Assembly: GCF_963921235.1 (NCBI RefSeq)
Contig: NC_086109.1
Coordinates: 1 to 64,000, forward strand
Direction: 5' to 3'
Source: Mobula hypostoma
Lineage: Eukaryota
Length of the DNA: 64,000 nucleotides
Positions 14,205-28,734 of the stretch are shown one piece after another; position 1 is the stretch's first letter, and each line of letters opens with the position of its first letter. The position numbers and the translations under genes were made by a program. Under the pieces are notes generated by a model, which had not been told where the DNA came from, made no database searches, and saw only the letters and a program-made list of their open reading frames with translations.

Positions 14205-15700
14205 TAGACACGGGCAGTGGTGTGGGGGACTGGAGTGGATAATAGACACAGGGTGTGGTGTAGGGGAATGGAGTGGATAATAGACACGGGAGGTGTGTTG
14301 GGGATTGGAGGGGATAATAGACACGGGAGGTATGTAGGGGATTGGAGAGGATAGTAGACATGGGAGGTGTGTAGGGGACTGGAGTGGATAATAGACACGG
14401 GGAGTGGTGTGGGGGACTGGAGTGGATAATAGACACAGGGTGTGGTGTAGGGGACTGGAGTGGATAATAGACATGGGAGGTGTGTAGAGGATTGGAGTGG
14501 ATAATACACACGGTAGGTGTGTAGGGGACTGGAGTGGATAATAGACACGGGAGGTGTGTAGGGAACTGGAGTGGATAATAGACACGGGAAGTGTGTAGGG
14601 GATTGGAGTGGATAATAGACACGGCAGGTGTGTAGGGGATTGGAGTGGGTAATAGACACAGGGTGTGGTGTAGGGGACTGGAGTGGATAGTAGACACGGG
14701 AGGTGTGTAGGGGACTGGAGTGGATAATAGACGCGGGCAGTGGTGTAGCGGATTGGAGGGGATAGTAGACACGGGAGGTGTGTAGGGAACTGGAGTGGAT
14801 AATAGAGACGGGAAGTGTGTAGGGGATTGGAGTGGATAAAAGACACGGTAGGTCTGTTGGCGACTTGAGGGGATAATAGACACGGGCAGTGGTGTGGGGG
14901 ACTGGAGTGGATAATAGATACGGGCAGTGGTGTGGGGGACTGGAGTGGATAATAGACACGGGCAGTGGTGTGGGGGACTGGAGTGGATAATAGACACAGG
15001 GTGTGGTGTAGGGGAATGGAGTGGATAATAGACACGGGAGGTGTGTTGGGGATTGGAGGGGATAATAGACACGGGAGGTATGTAGGGGATTGGAGAGGAT
15101 AGTAGACATGGGAGGTGTGTAGGGGACTGGAGTGGATAATAGACACGGGGAGTGGTGTGGGGGACTGGAGTGGATAATAGACACAGGGTGTGGTGTAGGG
15201 GACTGGAGTGGATAATAGACATGGGAGGTGTGTAGAGGATTGGAGTGGATAATACACACGGTAGGTGTGTAGGGGACTGGAGTGGATAATAGACACGGGA
15301 GGTGTGTAGGGAACTGGAGTGGATAATAGACACGGGAAGTGTGTAGGGGATTGGAGTGGATAATAGACACGGCAGGTGTGTAGGGGATTGGAGTGGGTAA
15401 TAGACACAGGGTGTGGTGTAGGGGACTGGAGTGGATAGTAGACACGGGAGGTGTGTAGGGGACTGGAGTGGATAATAGACGCGGGCAGTGGTGTAGCGGA
15501 TTGGAGGGGATAGTAGACACGGGAGGTGTGTAGGGAACTGGAGTGGATAATAGAGACGGGAAGTGTGTAGGGGATTGGAGTGGATAAAAGACACGGTAGG
15601 TCTGTTGGGGACTTGAGGGGATAATAGACACGGGCAGTGGTGTGGGGGACTGGAGTGGATAATAGATACGGGCAGTGGTGTGGGGGACTGGAGTGGATAA
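14205..15700. repeat. Higher-order tandem duplication, 2 x 748 bp (20 monomers)
   Basis: GACACGGTAGGTCTGTTGG at 14842 and 15590; the GTAGCGGATT and GTGTTGGGGATT variants are also duplicated. Confidence 0.88.
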
Positions 15701-18700
15701 TAGACACGGGCAGTGGTGTGGGGGACTAGAGTGGATAATAGACACAGGGTGTGGTGTAGGGGACTGGAGTGGATAATAGACACGGGAGGTGTGTAGGGGA
15801 TTGGAGTGGATAATAGACACAGGGTGTGGTGTAGGGGACTGGAGTGGATAGTAGACACGGGAGGTGTGTAGGGGACTGGAGTGGATAATAGACGCGGGCA
15901 GTGGTGTAGGGGATTGGAGGGGATAGTAGACACGGGAGGTGTGTAGGGAACTGGAGTGGATAATAGACACGGGAAGTGTGTAGGGGATTGGAGTGGATAA
16001 TAGACACGGCAGGTGTGTAGGGGATTGGAGTGGGTAATACACACGGGGAGTGGTGTAGGGGATTGGAGGGGATAGTAGACACGGGAGGTGTGTAGGGGAC
16101 TAGAGTGGATAATAAACACGGGGAGTGGTGTAGTGGATTGGAGGGGATAGTAGACACGGGCGGTGTGTAGGGGACTGGAGTGGATAATAGACACGGGAGG
16201 TGTGTAGGGGATTGGAGTGGATAATAGACACGGTAGGTTTGTAGGGGACTGGAGGGGATAATAGACACTGGCAGTGGTGTGGGGGACTGGAGTGGATAAT
16301 AGATACGGGCAGTGGAGTGGGGGACTGGAGTGGATAATAGACACGGGCAGTGTTGTGGGGGACTGGAGGGGATAATAGACACGGGAGGTGTGTAGGGGAC
16401 TGGAGGGGATAATAGACACGGGAGGTGTGTAGGGGATTGGAGAGGATAGTAGACACGGGAGGTTTGTAGGGGACAGGAGTGGATAATAGACACGGGGAGT
16501 GGTGTAGGGGACTGGAGGGGATAATAGACACGGGCAGTGGTGTGGGGGACTGGAGTGGATAATAGAAACGGGCAGTGGTGGAGGGGACTGGAATGGATAA
16601 TAGACACTGGAGGTGTGTAGGGGACTGGAGTGGATAGTAGACAGAGGGTGTGGTGTAGGGGATTGGAGAGGATAATAGAAACGGGCAGTGGTGTAGGGGA
16701 CTGGAATGGATAATAGACACGGGAGGTGTGTAGGGGACTGGAATGGATAATAGACACGGGAGGTGTGTGGGGGACTGGAGCGGTTAATAGACACGGGAGG
16801 TGTGTAGGGGATTGGAGTGGATAATAGACACGGGAGGTGTGTAGGGGACTGGAGGGGATAGTAGACACGGGCAGTGGTGTAGGGGACTGGAGTGGATAAT
16901 AGACACGTAAGGTGTGTAGGGGACTGGAGTGGATAATAGACACAGGGTGTGGTGTAGGGGACTGGAGTGGATAATAGACACGGGAGGTGTGTAGGGGATT
17001 GGAGGGGATAATAGACACGGGAGGTATGTAGGGGATTGGAGAGGATAGTAGACATGGGAGGTGTGTAGGGGACTGGAGTGGATAATAGACAGGGGAGTTT
17101 TGTGGGGGACTGGAGTGGATAATAGACACAGGGTGTGGTGTAGGGGACTGGAGTGGATAATAGACACGGGAGGTGTGTAGGGGATTGGAGTGGATAATAG
17201 ACACGGTGGGTGTGTAGGGGACTGGAGTGGATAATAGACACGGGAGGTGTGTAGGGGACTTGAGTGGATAATAGACACGGGAGGTGTTTAGAGGATTGGA
17301 GTGGATAATAGACACGGTAGGTGTGTAGGGGACTGGAGTGGATAATAGACACGGGCAGTGGTGTGGTGGACTGGAGTGGATAATAGACACAGGGTGTGGT
17401 GTAGGGGACTGGTGTGGATAATAGACCCGGGAGGTGTGTAGGGGATTGGAGTGGATAATAGACACGGGCGGTGGTGTGGGGGACTGGAGTGGATAATAGA
17501 CACGGGCAGTGGTGTGGAGGACTGGAGTGGATAATAGACACGGGCAGTGGTGTGGGGGACTGGAGTGGATAATAGACACAGGGTGTGGTGTAGGGGACTG
17601 GAGTGGATAATAGACACGGGAGGTGTGTAGGGGACTGGAGGGGATAATAGACACGGGAGGTGTGTAGGGGACTGGAGTGGATAATAGACACGGGGAGTGG
17701 TGAAGGGGATTGGAGGGGATAGTAGACACGGGAGGTGTGTAGGGGACTGGAGTGGATAATAGAAACGGGCAGTGTTGTAGGGGACTGGAATGGATAATAG
17801 ACACTGGAGGTGTGTAGGGGACTGGAGTGGATAGTAGACACAGGGTGTGGTGTAGGTGATTGGAGTGGATAATAGAAACGGGCAGTGGTGTAGGGGACTG
17901 GAATGGATAATAGACACGGGAGGTTTGTAGGGGACTGGATTGGATAATAGACACGGGAGGTGTGTGGGGGACTGGAGCGGTTAATAGACACGGGAGGTGT
18001 GTAGGGGATTGGAGTGGATAATAGACACGGGAGGTGTGTAGGTGACTGGAGGGGATAGTAGACACGGGCAGTGGTGTAAGGGACTGGAGTGGATAATAGA
18101 CACGTGAGGTGTGTAGGGGACGGGAGTGGATAATAGACACGGGCAGTGTTGTGGGGGACTGGAGGGGATAATAGACACGGGAGGTGTGTAGGGGATTGGA
18201 GAGGATAGTAGACACGGGAGGTGTGTGGGGGTCTGGAGTGGATAATAGACACGGGCAGTGGTGTGGGGGACTGGAGTGGATAACAGACACGGACAGTGGT
18301 GTGGGGGACTGGAGTGGATAATAGACACGGGAGGTGTGTAGGGGATTGGAGTGGATAATAGACACGGTGGGTGTGTAGGGGACTGGAGTGGATAATAGAC
18401 ACGGGAGGTGTGTAGGGGACTTGAGTGGATAATAGACACGGGAGGTGTGTAGAGGATTGGACTGGATAATAGACACGGTAGGTGTGTAGGGGACTGGAGT
18501 GGATAATAGACACGGGCAGTGGTGTGGGGGACTGGAGTGGATAATAGACACAGGCTGTGTTGTATGGGACTGGAGTGGATAATAGACACGGGAGATGTGT
18601 AGGGGATTGGAGTGGATAATAGACACAGGGTGTGGTGTAGGGGACTGGAGTGGATATTAGACACGGGAGGTGTGCAGGGGACTGGAGTGGATAATAGACG

Positions 18701-21700
18701 CGGGCAGTGGTGTAGGGGATTGGAGGGGATAGTAGACACGGGAGGTGTGTAGGGAACTGGAGTGGATAATAGATACGGGAAGTGTGTAGGGGATTGGAGT
18801 GGATAATAGACACGGCAGGTGTGTAGGGGACGGGAGTGGGTAATAGACACAGGGTGTGGTGTAGGGGACTGGAGTGGATATTAGACACGGGAGGTGTGCA
18901 GGGGACTGGAGTGGATAATAGACGCGGGCAGTGGTGTAGGGGATTGGAGGGGATAGTAGACACGGGAGGTGTGTAGGGAACTGGAGTGGATAATAGATAC
19001 GGGAAGTGTGTAGGGGATTGGAGTGGATAATAGACACGGCAGGTGTGTAGGGGACGGGAGTGGGTAATAGACACAGGGTGTGGTGTAGGGGACTGGAGTG
19101 GATAGTAGACACGGGAGGTGTGTAGGGGACTGGAGTGGATAATAGACGCGGGCAGTGGTGTAGGGGATTGGAGGGGATAGTAGACACGGGAGGTGGGTAG
19201 GGAACTGGAGTGGATAATAGACACGGGAAGTGTGTAGGGGATTGGAGTGGATAATAGACACGGCAGGTGTGTAGGGGATTGGAGTGGGTAATAGACACGG
19301 GGAGTGGTGTCGGGGATTGGAGGGGATAGTAGACACGGTAGGTGTGTAGGGGACTGGAGTGGATAATAAACACGGGGAGTGGTGTAGGGGATTGGAGGGG
19401 ATAGTAGACACGGGAGGTGTGAAGGGGACTGGAGTGGATAATAGACACGGGAGGTGTGTAGGGGATTGGAGTGGATAAAAGACACGCTAGGTCTGTTGGG
19501 GAATTGAGGGGATAATAGACACGGGCAGTGGTGTGGGGGACTGGAGTGGATAATAGATACGGGCAGTGGTGTGGGGGACTGGAGTGGATAATAGACACGG
19601 GCAGTGGTGTGGGGGACTGGAGTGGATAATAGACACAGGGTGTGGTGTAGGGGACTGGAGTGGATAATAGACACGGGAGGTGTGTAGGGGATTGGAGTGG
19701 ATAATAGACACAGGGTGTGGTGTAGGGGACTGGAGTGGATAGTAGACACGGGAGGTGTGTAGGGGAGTGGAGTGGATAATAGACGCGGGCAGTGGTGTAG
19801 GGGATTGGAGGGGATAGTAGACACGGGCGTTGTGTAGGGGACTGGAGTGGATAATAGACACGGGAGGTGTGTAGGGGATTGGAGTGGATAATAGACACGG
19901 TAGGTCTGTAGGGGACTGGAGGGGATAATAGACACGGGCAGTGGTGTGGGGGACTGGAGTGGATAATAGATACGGGCAGTGGTGTGGGGGACTGGAGCGG
20001 TTAATAGACACGGGAGGTGTGTAGGGGTTTGAGTGGATAATAGACACGGGAGGTGTGTAGGGGACTGGAGGGGATAGTTGACACGGGCAGTGGTGTAGGG
20101 GACTGGAGTGGATAATAGACACGTGAGGTGTGTAGGGGACTGGAGTGGATAATAGACACGGGCAGTGTTGTGGGGGACTGGAGGTGAATAATAGACACGG
20201 GAGGTGTGTAGGGGACTGGAGGGGATAATAGACACGGGAGGTGTGTAGGGGATTGGAGAGGATAGTAGACACGGGAGGTTTGTAGGGGACAGGAGTGGAT
20301 AATAGACACGGGGAGTGGTGTAGGGGACTGGAGGGGATAGTAGATACGGGCAGTGGTGTAGGGGATTGGAGGGGATAATAGACACGGCAGGTGTGTAGGG
20401 GACTGGAGTGGATAATAGACACGGGGAGTGGTGTAGGGGATTGGAGGGGATAGTAGACACGGGAGGTGTGTAGGGGACTGGAGTGGATAATAGAAACGGG
20501 CAGTTGTGTAGGGGACTGGAATGGATAATAGACACGGGAGGTGTGTAGGGGACTGGAATGGATAATAGACACGGGAGGTGTGTGGGGGACTGGAGCGGTT
20601 AATAGACACGGGAGGTGTGTAGGGGATTGGAGTGGATAATAGACACGGGAGGTGTGTAGGGGACTGGAGGGGGTAGTAGACACGGGCAGTGGTGTAGGGA
20701 ACTGGAGTGGATAATAGACACGTGAGGTGTGTAGGGGACTGGAGTGGATAATAGACACAGGGTGTGGTGTAGGGGACTGGAGTGGATAATAGACACGGGA
20801 GGTGTGTAGGGGATTGGAGGGGATAATAGACACGGGTGGTATGTAGGGGATTGGAGAGGATAGTAGACATGGGAGGTGTGTAGGGGACTGGAGTGGATAA
20901 TAGACAGGGGAGTGGTGTGGGGGACTGGAGTGGATAATAGACACAGGGTGTGGTGTAGGGGACTGGATTGGATAATAGACACGGGAGGTGTGTAGGGGAT
21001 TGGAGTGGATAATAGACACGGTGGGTGTGTAGGGGACTGGAGCGGATAATAGACACGGGAGGTGTGTAGGGGACTTGAGTGGATAATAGACACGGGAGGT
21101 GTGTAGAGGATTGGAGTGGATAATAGACACGGTAGGTGTGTAGGGGACTGGAGTGGATAATAGACACGGGCAGTGGTGTGGTGGACTGGAGTGGATAATA
21201 GACACAGGGTGTGGTGTAGGGGACTGGAGTGGATAATAGACACGGGAGGTGTGTAGGGGATTGGAGTGGATAATAGACACGGGCAGTGGTGTGTGGGACT
21301 GGAGTGGATAATAGACACGGGCAGTGGTGTGGGGGACTGGAGTGGATAATAGACACGGGCAGTGGTGTGGGGGACTGGAGTGGATAATAGACACAGGGTG
21401 TGGTGTAGGGGACTGGAGTGGATAATAGACACGGGAGGTGTGTAGAGGATTGGAGTGGATAATAGACGCGGTGGGTGTGTAGGGGACTGCAGTGGATAAT
21501 AGGCACGGGGAGTGGTGTAGGGGACTGGAGTGGATAATAGACACGGGAGGTGTGTAGGGGATTGGAGTGGATAATAGACGCGGTAGGTGTGTAGGGGACT
21601 GGAGTGGATAATAGACACGGGGAGTGGTGTAGGGGATTTGAGGGGATAGTAGACACGGGAGGTGTGTAGGGGACTGGAGTGGATAATAGACACGGGGAGT

Positions 21701-23129
21701 GTTGGAGGGGATAGTAGACACGGGAGGTGTGTAGGGGACTGGAGTGGATAATAGACACGGGCAGTGGTGTAGGGGACTGGAATGGATAATAGACACGGGG
21801 AGTGGTGTAGGGGATTGGAGTGGATAGTAGACACGGGGAGTGTGTAGGAGATTGGGGTGGATAGTAGACACGGGAGGTGTGTAGGGGACTGGAGTGGATA
21901 ATACACACGGGGAGGTGTGTAGGGGATTGGAGTGGATAATAGACACGGGAGGTGTGTAGGGGTCTGGAGGGGATAATAGACACGGGCAGTGGTGTGGGGG
22001 ACTGGAGTGGATAATAGACACAGGGTGTGGTGTAGGGGACTGGAGTGGATAATAGGCACGGGAGGTGTGTAGGGGACTGGAGTGGATAATAGACACGGGC
22101 AGTGGTGTAGAGGATTGGAGGGGATAGTAGACACGGGAGGTGTGTAGGGGACTGGAGTGGATAATAGACACGGGCAGTGGTGTGGGGTACTGGAGTGGAT
22201 AATAGACACGGGCAGTGGTGTGGGGGACTGGAGAGGATAATAGACACAGGGTGTGGTGTAGGGGACTGGAGTGGATAATAGACACGGGAGGTGTGTAGGG
22301 GACTGGAGTGGATAATAGACACGGGAAATGTGTAGGGTATTGGAGTGGATAATAGACACGGCAGGTGTGTAGGGCACTGGAGTGGATAATAGACACGGGG
22401 AGTGGTGTTGGGGATTGGAGGCGATAGTAGACACGGGAGGTGTGTAAGGGACTGGAGTGGATAATAGAAACGGGGAGTGGTGTAGGGGATTGGAGTGGAT
22501 AATAGACACGGGAGGTGTGTAGGGGACTGGAGGGGATAATAGACACGGGCAGTGGTGTGGGGGACTGGAGTGGATAATAGACACAGGGTGTGGTGTAGGG
22601 GACTGGAGTGGATAATAGGCACGGGAGGTGTGTAGGGGACTGGAGTGGATAATAGACACGGGCAGTGGTGTAGAGGATTGGAGGGGCTAGTAGACACGGG
22701 AGGTGTGTAGGGGACTGGAGTGGATAATAGACACGGGCAGTGGTGTGGGGGACTGGAGTGGATTATAGACACGGGCAGTGGTGTGGGGGACTGGAGAGGA
22801 TAATAGACACAGGGTGTGGTGTAGGGGACTGGAGTGGATAATAGACACGGGAGGTGTGTAGGGACTGGAGTGGATAATAGACACGGGAAATGTGTAGGGG
22901 ATTGGAGTGGATAATAGACACGGCAGGTGTGTAGGGGACTGGAGTGGATAATAGACACGTGGAGTGGTGTAGGGGATTGGAGGGGATAGTAGACACGGGA
23001 GGTGTGTAAGGGACTGGAGTGGATAATAGAAACGGGGAGTGGTGTAGGGGACTGGAATGGATAATAGACACGGGAGGTGTGTAGGGGACTGGAGTGGATA
23101 ATAGACACGGGCAGTGGTGTGGGGGACTG

Positions 23130-26100
23130 GAGCGGTTAATAGACACGGGAGGTGTGTAGGGGATTGGAGTGGATAATAGACACGGGAGGTGTGTAGGGGA
23201 TTGGAGTGGATAGTAGACACGGGAGGTGTGTAGGGGACTGGAGTGGATAATAGACACGGGGAGTGGTGTAGGGGATTGGAGGGGATAGTAGACACCTGGA
23301 GGTGTGTAGGTGACTGGAGTGGATAATAGACACGGGAGGTGTGCATAGGGATTGGAGTGGATAATAGACACGGTAGGTGTGTAGGGGACTGGAGTGGATA
23401 ATAGACACGGGGAGTGGTGTAGGGGATTGGAGGGGATAGTTGACACGGGAGGTGTGTAGGGGACTGGAGTGGATAATAGATACGGGGAGTGTTGGAGGGG
23501 ATAGTAGACACGGGAGGTGTGTAGGGGACTGGAGTGGATAATAGACACGGGCAGTGGTGTAGGGGACTGGAATGGATAATAGACACGGGGAGTGGTGTAG
23601 AGGATTGGAGTGGATAGTAGACACGGGGAGTGTGTAGGAGATTGGAGTGGATAGTAGACACGGGAGGTGTGTAGGGGACTGGAGTGGATAATACACACGG
23701 GGAGGTGTGTAGGGGATTTGAGTGGATAATAGACACGGGAGGTGTGTAGGGGACTGCAGGGGATAATAGACACGGGCAGTGGTGTGGGGGACTGGAGTGG
23801 ATAATAGACACGGGCAGTGGTGTAGAGGATTGGAGGGGATAGTAGACACGGGAGGTGTGTAGGGGACTGGAGTGGATAATAGACACGGGCAGTGGTGTGG
23901 GGGACCGGAGTGGATAATAGACACGGGCAGTGGTGTGGGGGACTGGAGGGGATAATAGACACGGGAGGTGTGTAGGGGACTGGAGGGGATAATAGACACG
24001 GGAGGTGTGTAGGGGATTGGAGAGGATAGTAGACACGGGAGGTGTGTAGGGGACAGGAGTGGATAATAGACACGGGGAGTGGTGTAGGGGACTGGAGGGG
24101 ATAGTAGATACGGGCAGTGCTGTAGGGGATTGGAGGGGATAATAGACACGGCAGGTGTGTAGGGGACTGGAGTGGATAATAGACACGGGGAGTGGTGTAG
24201 GGGATTGGAGGGGATAGTAGACACGGGAGGTGTGTAGGGGACTGGAGTGGATAATAGAAACGGGCAGTGGTGTAGGGGACTGGAATGGATAATAAACACT
24301 GGAGGTGTGTAGGGGACTGGAGTGGATAGTAGACACAGCGTGTGGTGTAGGGGATTGGAGTGGATAATAGAAACGGGCAGTGGTGTAGGGGACTGGAATG
24401 GATAATAGACACGGGAGGTGTGTAGGGGACTGGAATGGATAATAGACACGGGAGGTGTGTGGGGGACTGGAGCGGTTAATAGAAACGGGAGGTGTGTAGG
24501 GGATTGGAGTGGATAATAGACACGGGAGGTGTGTAGGGGACTGGAGGGGATAGTAGACACGGGCAGTGGTGTAGGGGACTGGAGTGGATAATAGACACGT
24601 GAGGTGTGTAGGGGTCTGGAGTGGATAATAGACACGGGAGGTGTGTGGGGGACTGGAGCGGTTAATAGACACGGGAGGTGTGTAGGGGATTGGAGTGGAT
24701 AATAGACACGGGAGGTGTGTAGGGGACTGGAGGGGATAGTAGACACGTGCAGTGGTGTAGGGGACTGGAGGGGATAGTAGACACGGGAGGTGTGTAGGGG
24801 ACTGGAGTGGATAATAGACACGGGCTGTGGTGTAGGGGACTGGAGTGGATAATAGACACGGGGAGTGTGTAGGAGATTGGAGTGGATAGTAGACACGGGG
24901 AGTGTGTAGGAGATTGGAGTGGATAGTAGACACGGGAGGTGTGTAGGGGACTGGAGTGGATAATACACACGGGGAGGTGTGTAGGGGATTTGAGTGGATA
25001 ATAGACACGGGAGGTGTGTAGGGGACTGGAGGGGATAATAGACACGGGCAGTGGTGTGGGGGACTGGAGTGGATAATAGACACGGGCAGTGGTGTAGAGG
25101 ATTGGAGGGGATAGTAGACACGGGAGGTGTGTAGGGGACTGGAGTGGATAATAGACACGGGAGGTGTGTAGGGGATTGGAGTGGATAATAGACACGGTGG
25201 GTGTGTAGGGGACTGGAGTGGATAATAGACACGGGAGGTGTGTAGGGAACTTGAGTGGATAATAGACACGGGAGGTGTGTAGGGGACTGGAGTGGATAAT
25301 AGACACGGGGAGTGGTGTAGGGGACTGGAATGGATAATAGACACGGGCAGTGGTATGGGGGACTGGAGTGGATAATAGACACAGGGTGTGGTGTAGGGGA
25401 CTGGAGTGGATAATAGACACGGGAGGTGTGTAGGGGATTGGAGGGGATAGTGGACACGGGAGGTGTGTAGGGGACTGGAGTGGATAATAGACACGGGGAG
25501 TGGTGTAGGGGATTGGAGGGGATAGTAGACACCTGGAGGTGTGTAGGGGACTGGAGTGGATAATAGACACGGGAGGTGTGCATAGGGATTGGAGTGGATA
25601 ATAGACACGGTAGGTGTGTAGGGGACTGGAGTGGATAATAGACACGGGGAGTGGTGTAGGGGATTGGAGGGGATAGTTGACACGGGAGGTGTGTAGGGGA
25701 CTGGAGTGGATAATAGACACGGGGAGTGTTGGAGGGGATAGTAGACACGGGAGGTGTGTAGGGGACTGGAGTGGATAATAGACACGGGCAGTGGTGTAGG
25801 GGACTGGAATGGATAATAGACACGGGGAGTGGTGTAGAGGATTGGAGTGGATAGTAGACACGGGGAGTGTGTAGGAGATTGGAGTGGATAGTAGACACGG
25901 GGAGTGGTGTAGGGGACTGGAGTGGATAATACACACGGGGAGGTGTGTAGGGGATTTGAGTGGATAATAGACACGGGAGGTGTGTAGGGGACTGCAGGGG
26001 ATAATAGACACGGGCAGTGGTGTGGGGGACTGGAGTGGATAATAGACACGGGCAGTGGTGTAGAGGATTGGAGGGGATAGTAGACACGGGAGGTGTGTAG

Positions 26101-28720
26101 GGGACTGGAGTGGATAATAGACACGGGCAGTGGTGTGGGGGACCGGAGTGGATAATAGACACGGGCAGTGGTGTGGGGGACTGGAGGGGATAATAGACAC
26201 GGGAGGTGTGTAGGGGACTGGAGGGGATAATAGACACGGGAGGTGTGTAGGGGATTGGCGAGGATAGTAGACACGGGAGGTGTGTAGGGGACAGGAGTGG
26301 ATAATAGACACGGGGAGTGGTGTAGGGGACTGGAGGGGATAGTAGATACGGGCAGTGCTGTAGGGGATTGGAGGGGACAATAGACACGGCAGGTGTGTAG
26401 GGGACTGGAGTGGATAATAGACACGGGGAGTGGTGTAGGGGATTGGAGGGGATAGTAGACACGGGAGGTGTGTAGGGGACTGGAGTGGATAATAGAAACG
26501 GGCAGTGGTGTAGGGGCCTGGAATGGATAATAAACACTGGAGGTGTGTAGGGGACTGGAGTGGATAGTAGACACAGCGTGTGGTGTAGGGGATTGGAGTG
26601 GATAATAGAAACGGGCAGTGGTGTAGGGGACTGGAATGGATAATAGACACGGGAGGTGTGTAGGGGACTGGAATGGATAATAGACACGGGAGGTGTGTGG
26701 GGGACTGGAGCGGTTAATAGACACGGGAGGTGTGTAGGGGATTGGAGTGGATAATAGACACGGGCAGTGGTGTAGAGGATTGGAGGGGATAGTAGACACG
26801 GGAGGTGTGTAGGGGACTGGAGTGGATAATAGACACGGGAGGTGTGTAGGGGATTGGAGTGGATAATAGACACGGTGGGTGTGTAGGGGACTGGAGTGGA
26901 TAATAGACACGGGAGGTGTGTAGGGGACTTGAGTGGATAATAGACACGGGAGGTGTGTAGGGGACTGGAGTGGATAATAGACACGGGGAGTGGTGTAGGG
27001 GACTGGAGTGGATAATAGACACGGGCAGTTGTGTGGGGGACTGGAGTGGATAATAGACACAGGGTGTGGTGTAGGGGACTGGAGTGGATAATAGACACCG
27101 GAGGTGTGTAGGGGATTGGAGTGGATAATAGACACGGGCAGTGGTGTGGGGGACTGGAGTGGATAATAGACACGGGCAGTGGTGTGGGGGACTGGAATGG
27201 ATAATAGACACGGGCAGTGGTATGGGGGACTGGAGTGGATAATAGACACAGGGTGTGGTGTAGGGGACTGGAGTGGATAATAGACACGGGAGGTGTGTAG
27301 GGGATTGGAGGGGATAGTGGACACGGGAGGTGTGTAGGGGACTGGAGTGGATAATAGACACGGGGAGTGGTGTAGGGGATTGGAGGGGATAGTAGACACG
27401 GGAGGTGTGCATAGGGATTGGAGTGGATAATAGACACGGTAGGTGTGTAGGGGACTGGAGTGGATAATAGACACGGGGAGTGGTGTAGGGGATTGGAGGG
27501 GATAGTTGACACGGGAGGTGTGTAGGGGACTGGAGTGGATAATAGACACGGGGAGTGTTGGAGGGGATAGTAGACACGGGAGGTGTGTAGGGGACTGGAG
27601 TGGATAATAGACACGGGCAGTGGTGTAGGGGACTGGAATGGATAATAGACACGGGGAGTGGTGTAGAGGATTGGAGTGGATAGTAGACACGGGGAGTGTG
27701 TAGGAGATTGGAGTGGATAGTAGACACGGGAGTTGTGTAGGGGACTGGAGTGGATAATACACACGGGGAGGTGTGTAGGGGATTTGAGTGGATAATAGAC
27801 ACGGGAGGTGTGTAGGGGACTGCAGGGGATAATAGACACGGGCAGTGGTGTGGGGGACTGGAGTGGATAATAGACACGGGCAGTGGTGTAGAGGATTGGA
27901 GGGGATAGTAGACACGGGAGGTGTGTAGGGGACTGGAGTGGATAATAGACACGGGCAGTGGTGTGGGGGACCGGAGTGGATAATAGACACGGGCAGTGGT
28001 GTGGGGGACTGGAGGGGATAATAGACACGGGAGGTGTGTAGGGGACTGGAGGGGATAATAGACACGGGAGGTGTGTAGGGGATTGGAGAGGATAGTAGAC
28101 ACGGGAGGTGTGTAGGGGACAGGAGTGGATAATAGACACGGGGAGTGGTGTAGGGGACTGGAGGGGATAGTAGATACGGGCAGTGCTGTAGGGGATTGGA
28201 GGGGACAATAGACACGGCAGGTGTGTAGGGGACTGGAGTGGATAATAGACACGGGGAGTGGTGTAGGGGATTGGAGGGGATAGTAGACACGGGAGGTGTG
28301 TAGGGGACTGGAGTGGATAATAGAAACGGGCAGTGGTGTAGGGGACTGGAATGGATAATAAACACTGGAGGTGTGTAGGGGACTGGAGTGGATAGTAGAC
28401 ACAGCGTGTGGTGTAGGGGATTGGAGTGGATAATAGAAACGGGCAGTGGTGTAGGGGACTGGAATGGATAATAGACACGGGAGGTGTGTAGGGGACTGGA
28501 ATGGATAATAGACACGGGAGGTGTGTGGGGGACTGGAGCGGTTAATAGACACGGGAGGTGTGTAGGGGATTGGAGTGGATAATAGACACGGGAGGTGTGT
28601 AGGGGACTGGAGGGGATAGTAGACACGGGCAGTGGTGTAGGGGACTGGAGTGCATAATAGACACGTGAGGTGTGTAGGGGACTGGAGTGGATAATAGACA
28701 CGGAAGGTGTGTGGGGGACT
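23130..28720. repeat. Three related higher-order blocks at offsets of 2,238 and 1,828 bp
   Basis: Variants GGGACCGGAG (~23901, ~26139, ~27967), CTGCAGGGG and CACAGCGTGTGG each occur three times; ORF starts at 24412/26650/28478. Confidence 0.85.
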
Positions 28721-28734
28721 GGAGCGGTTAATAG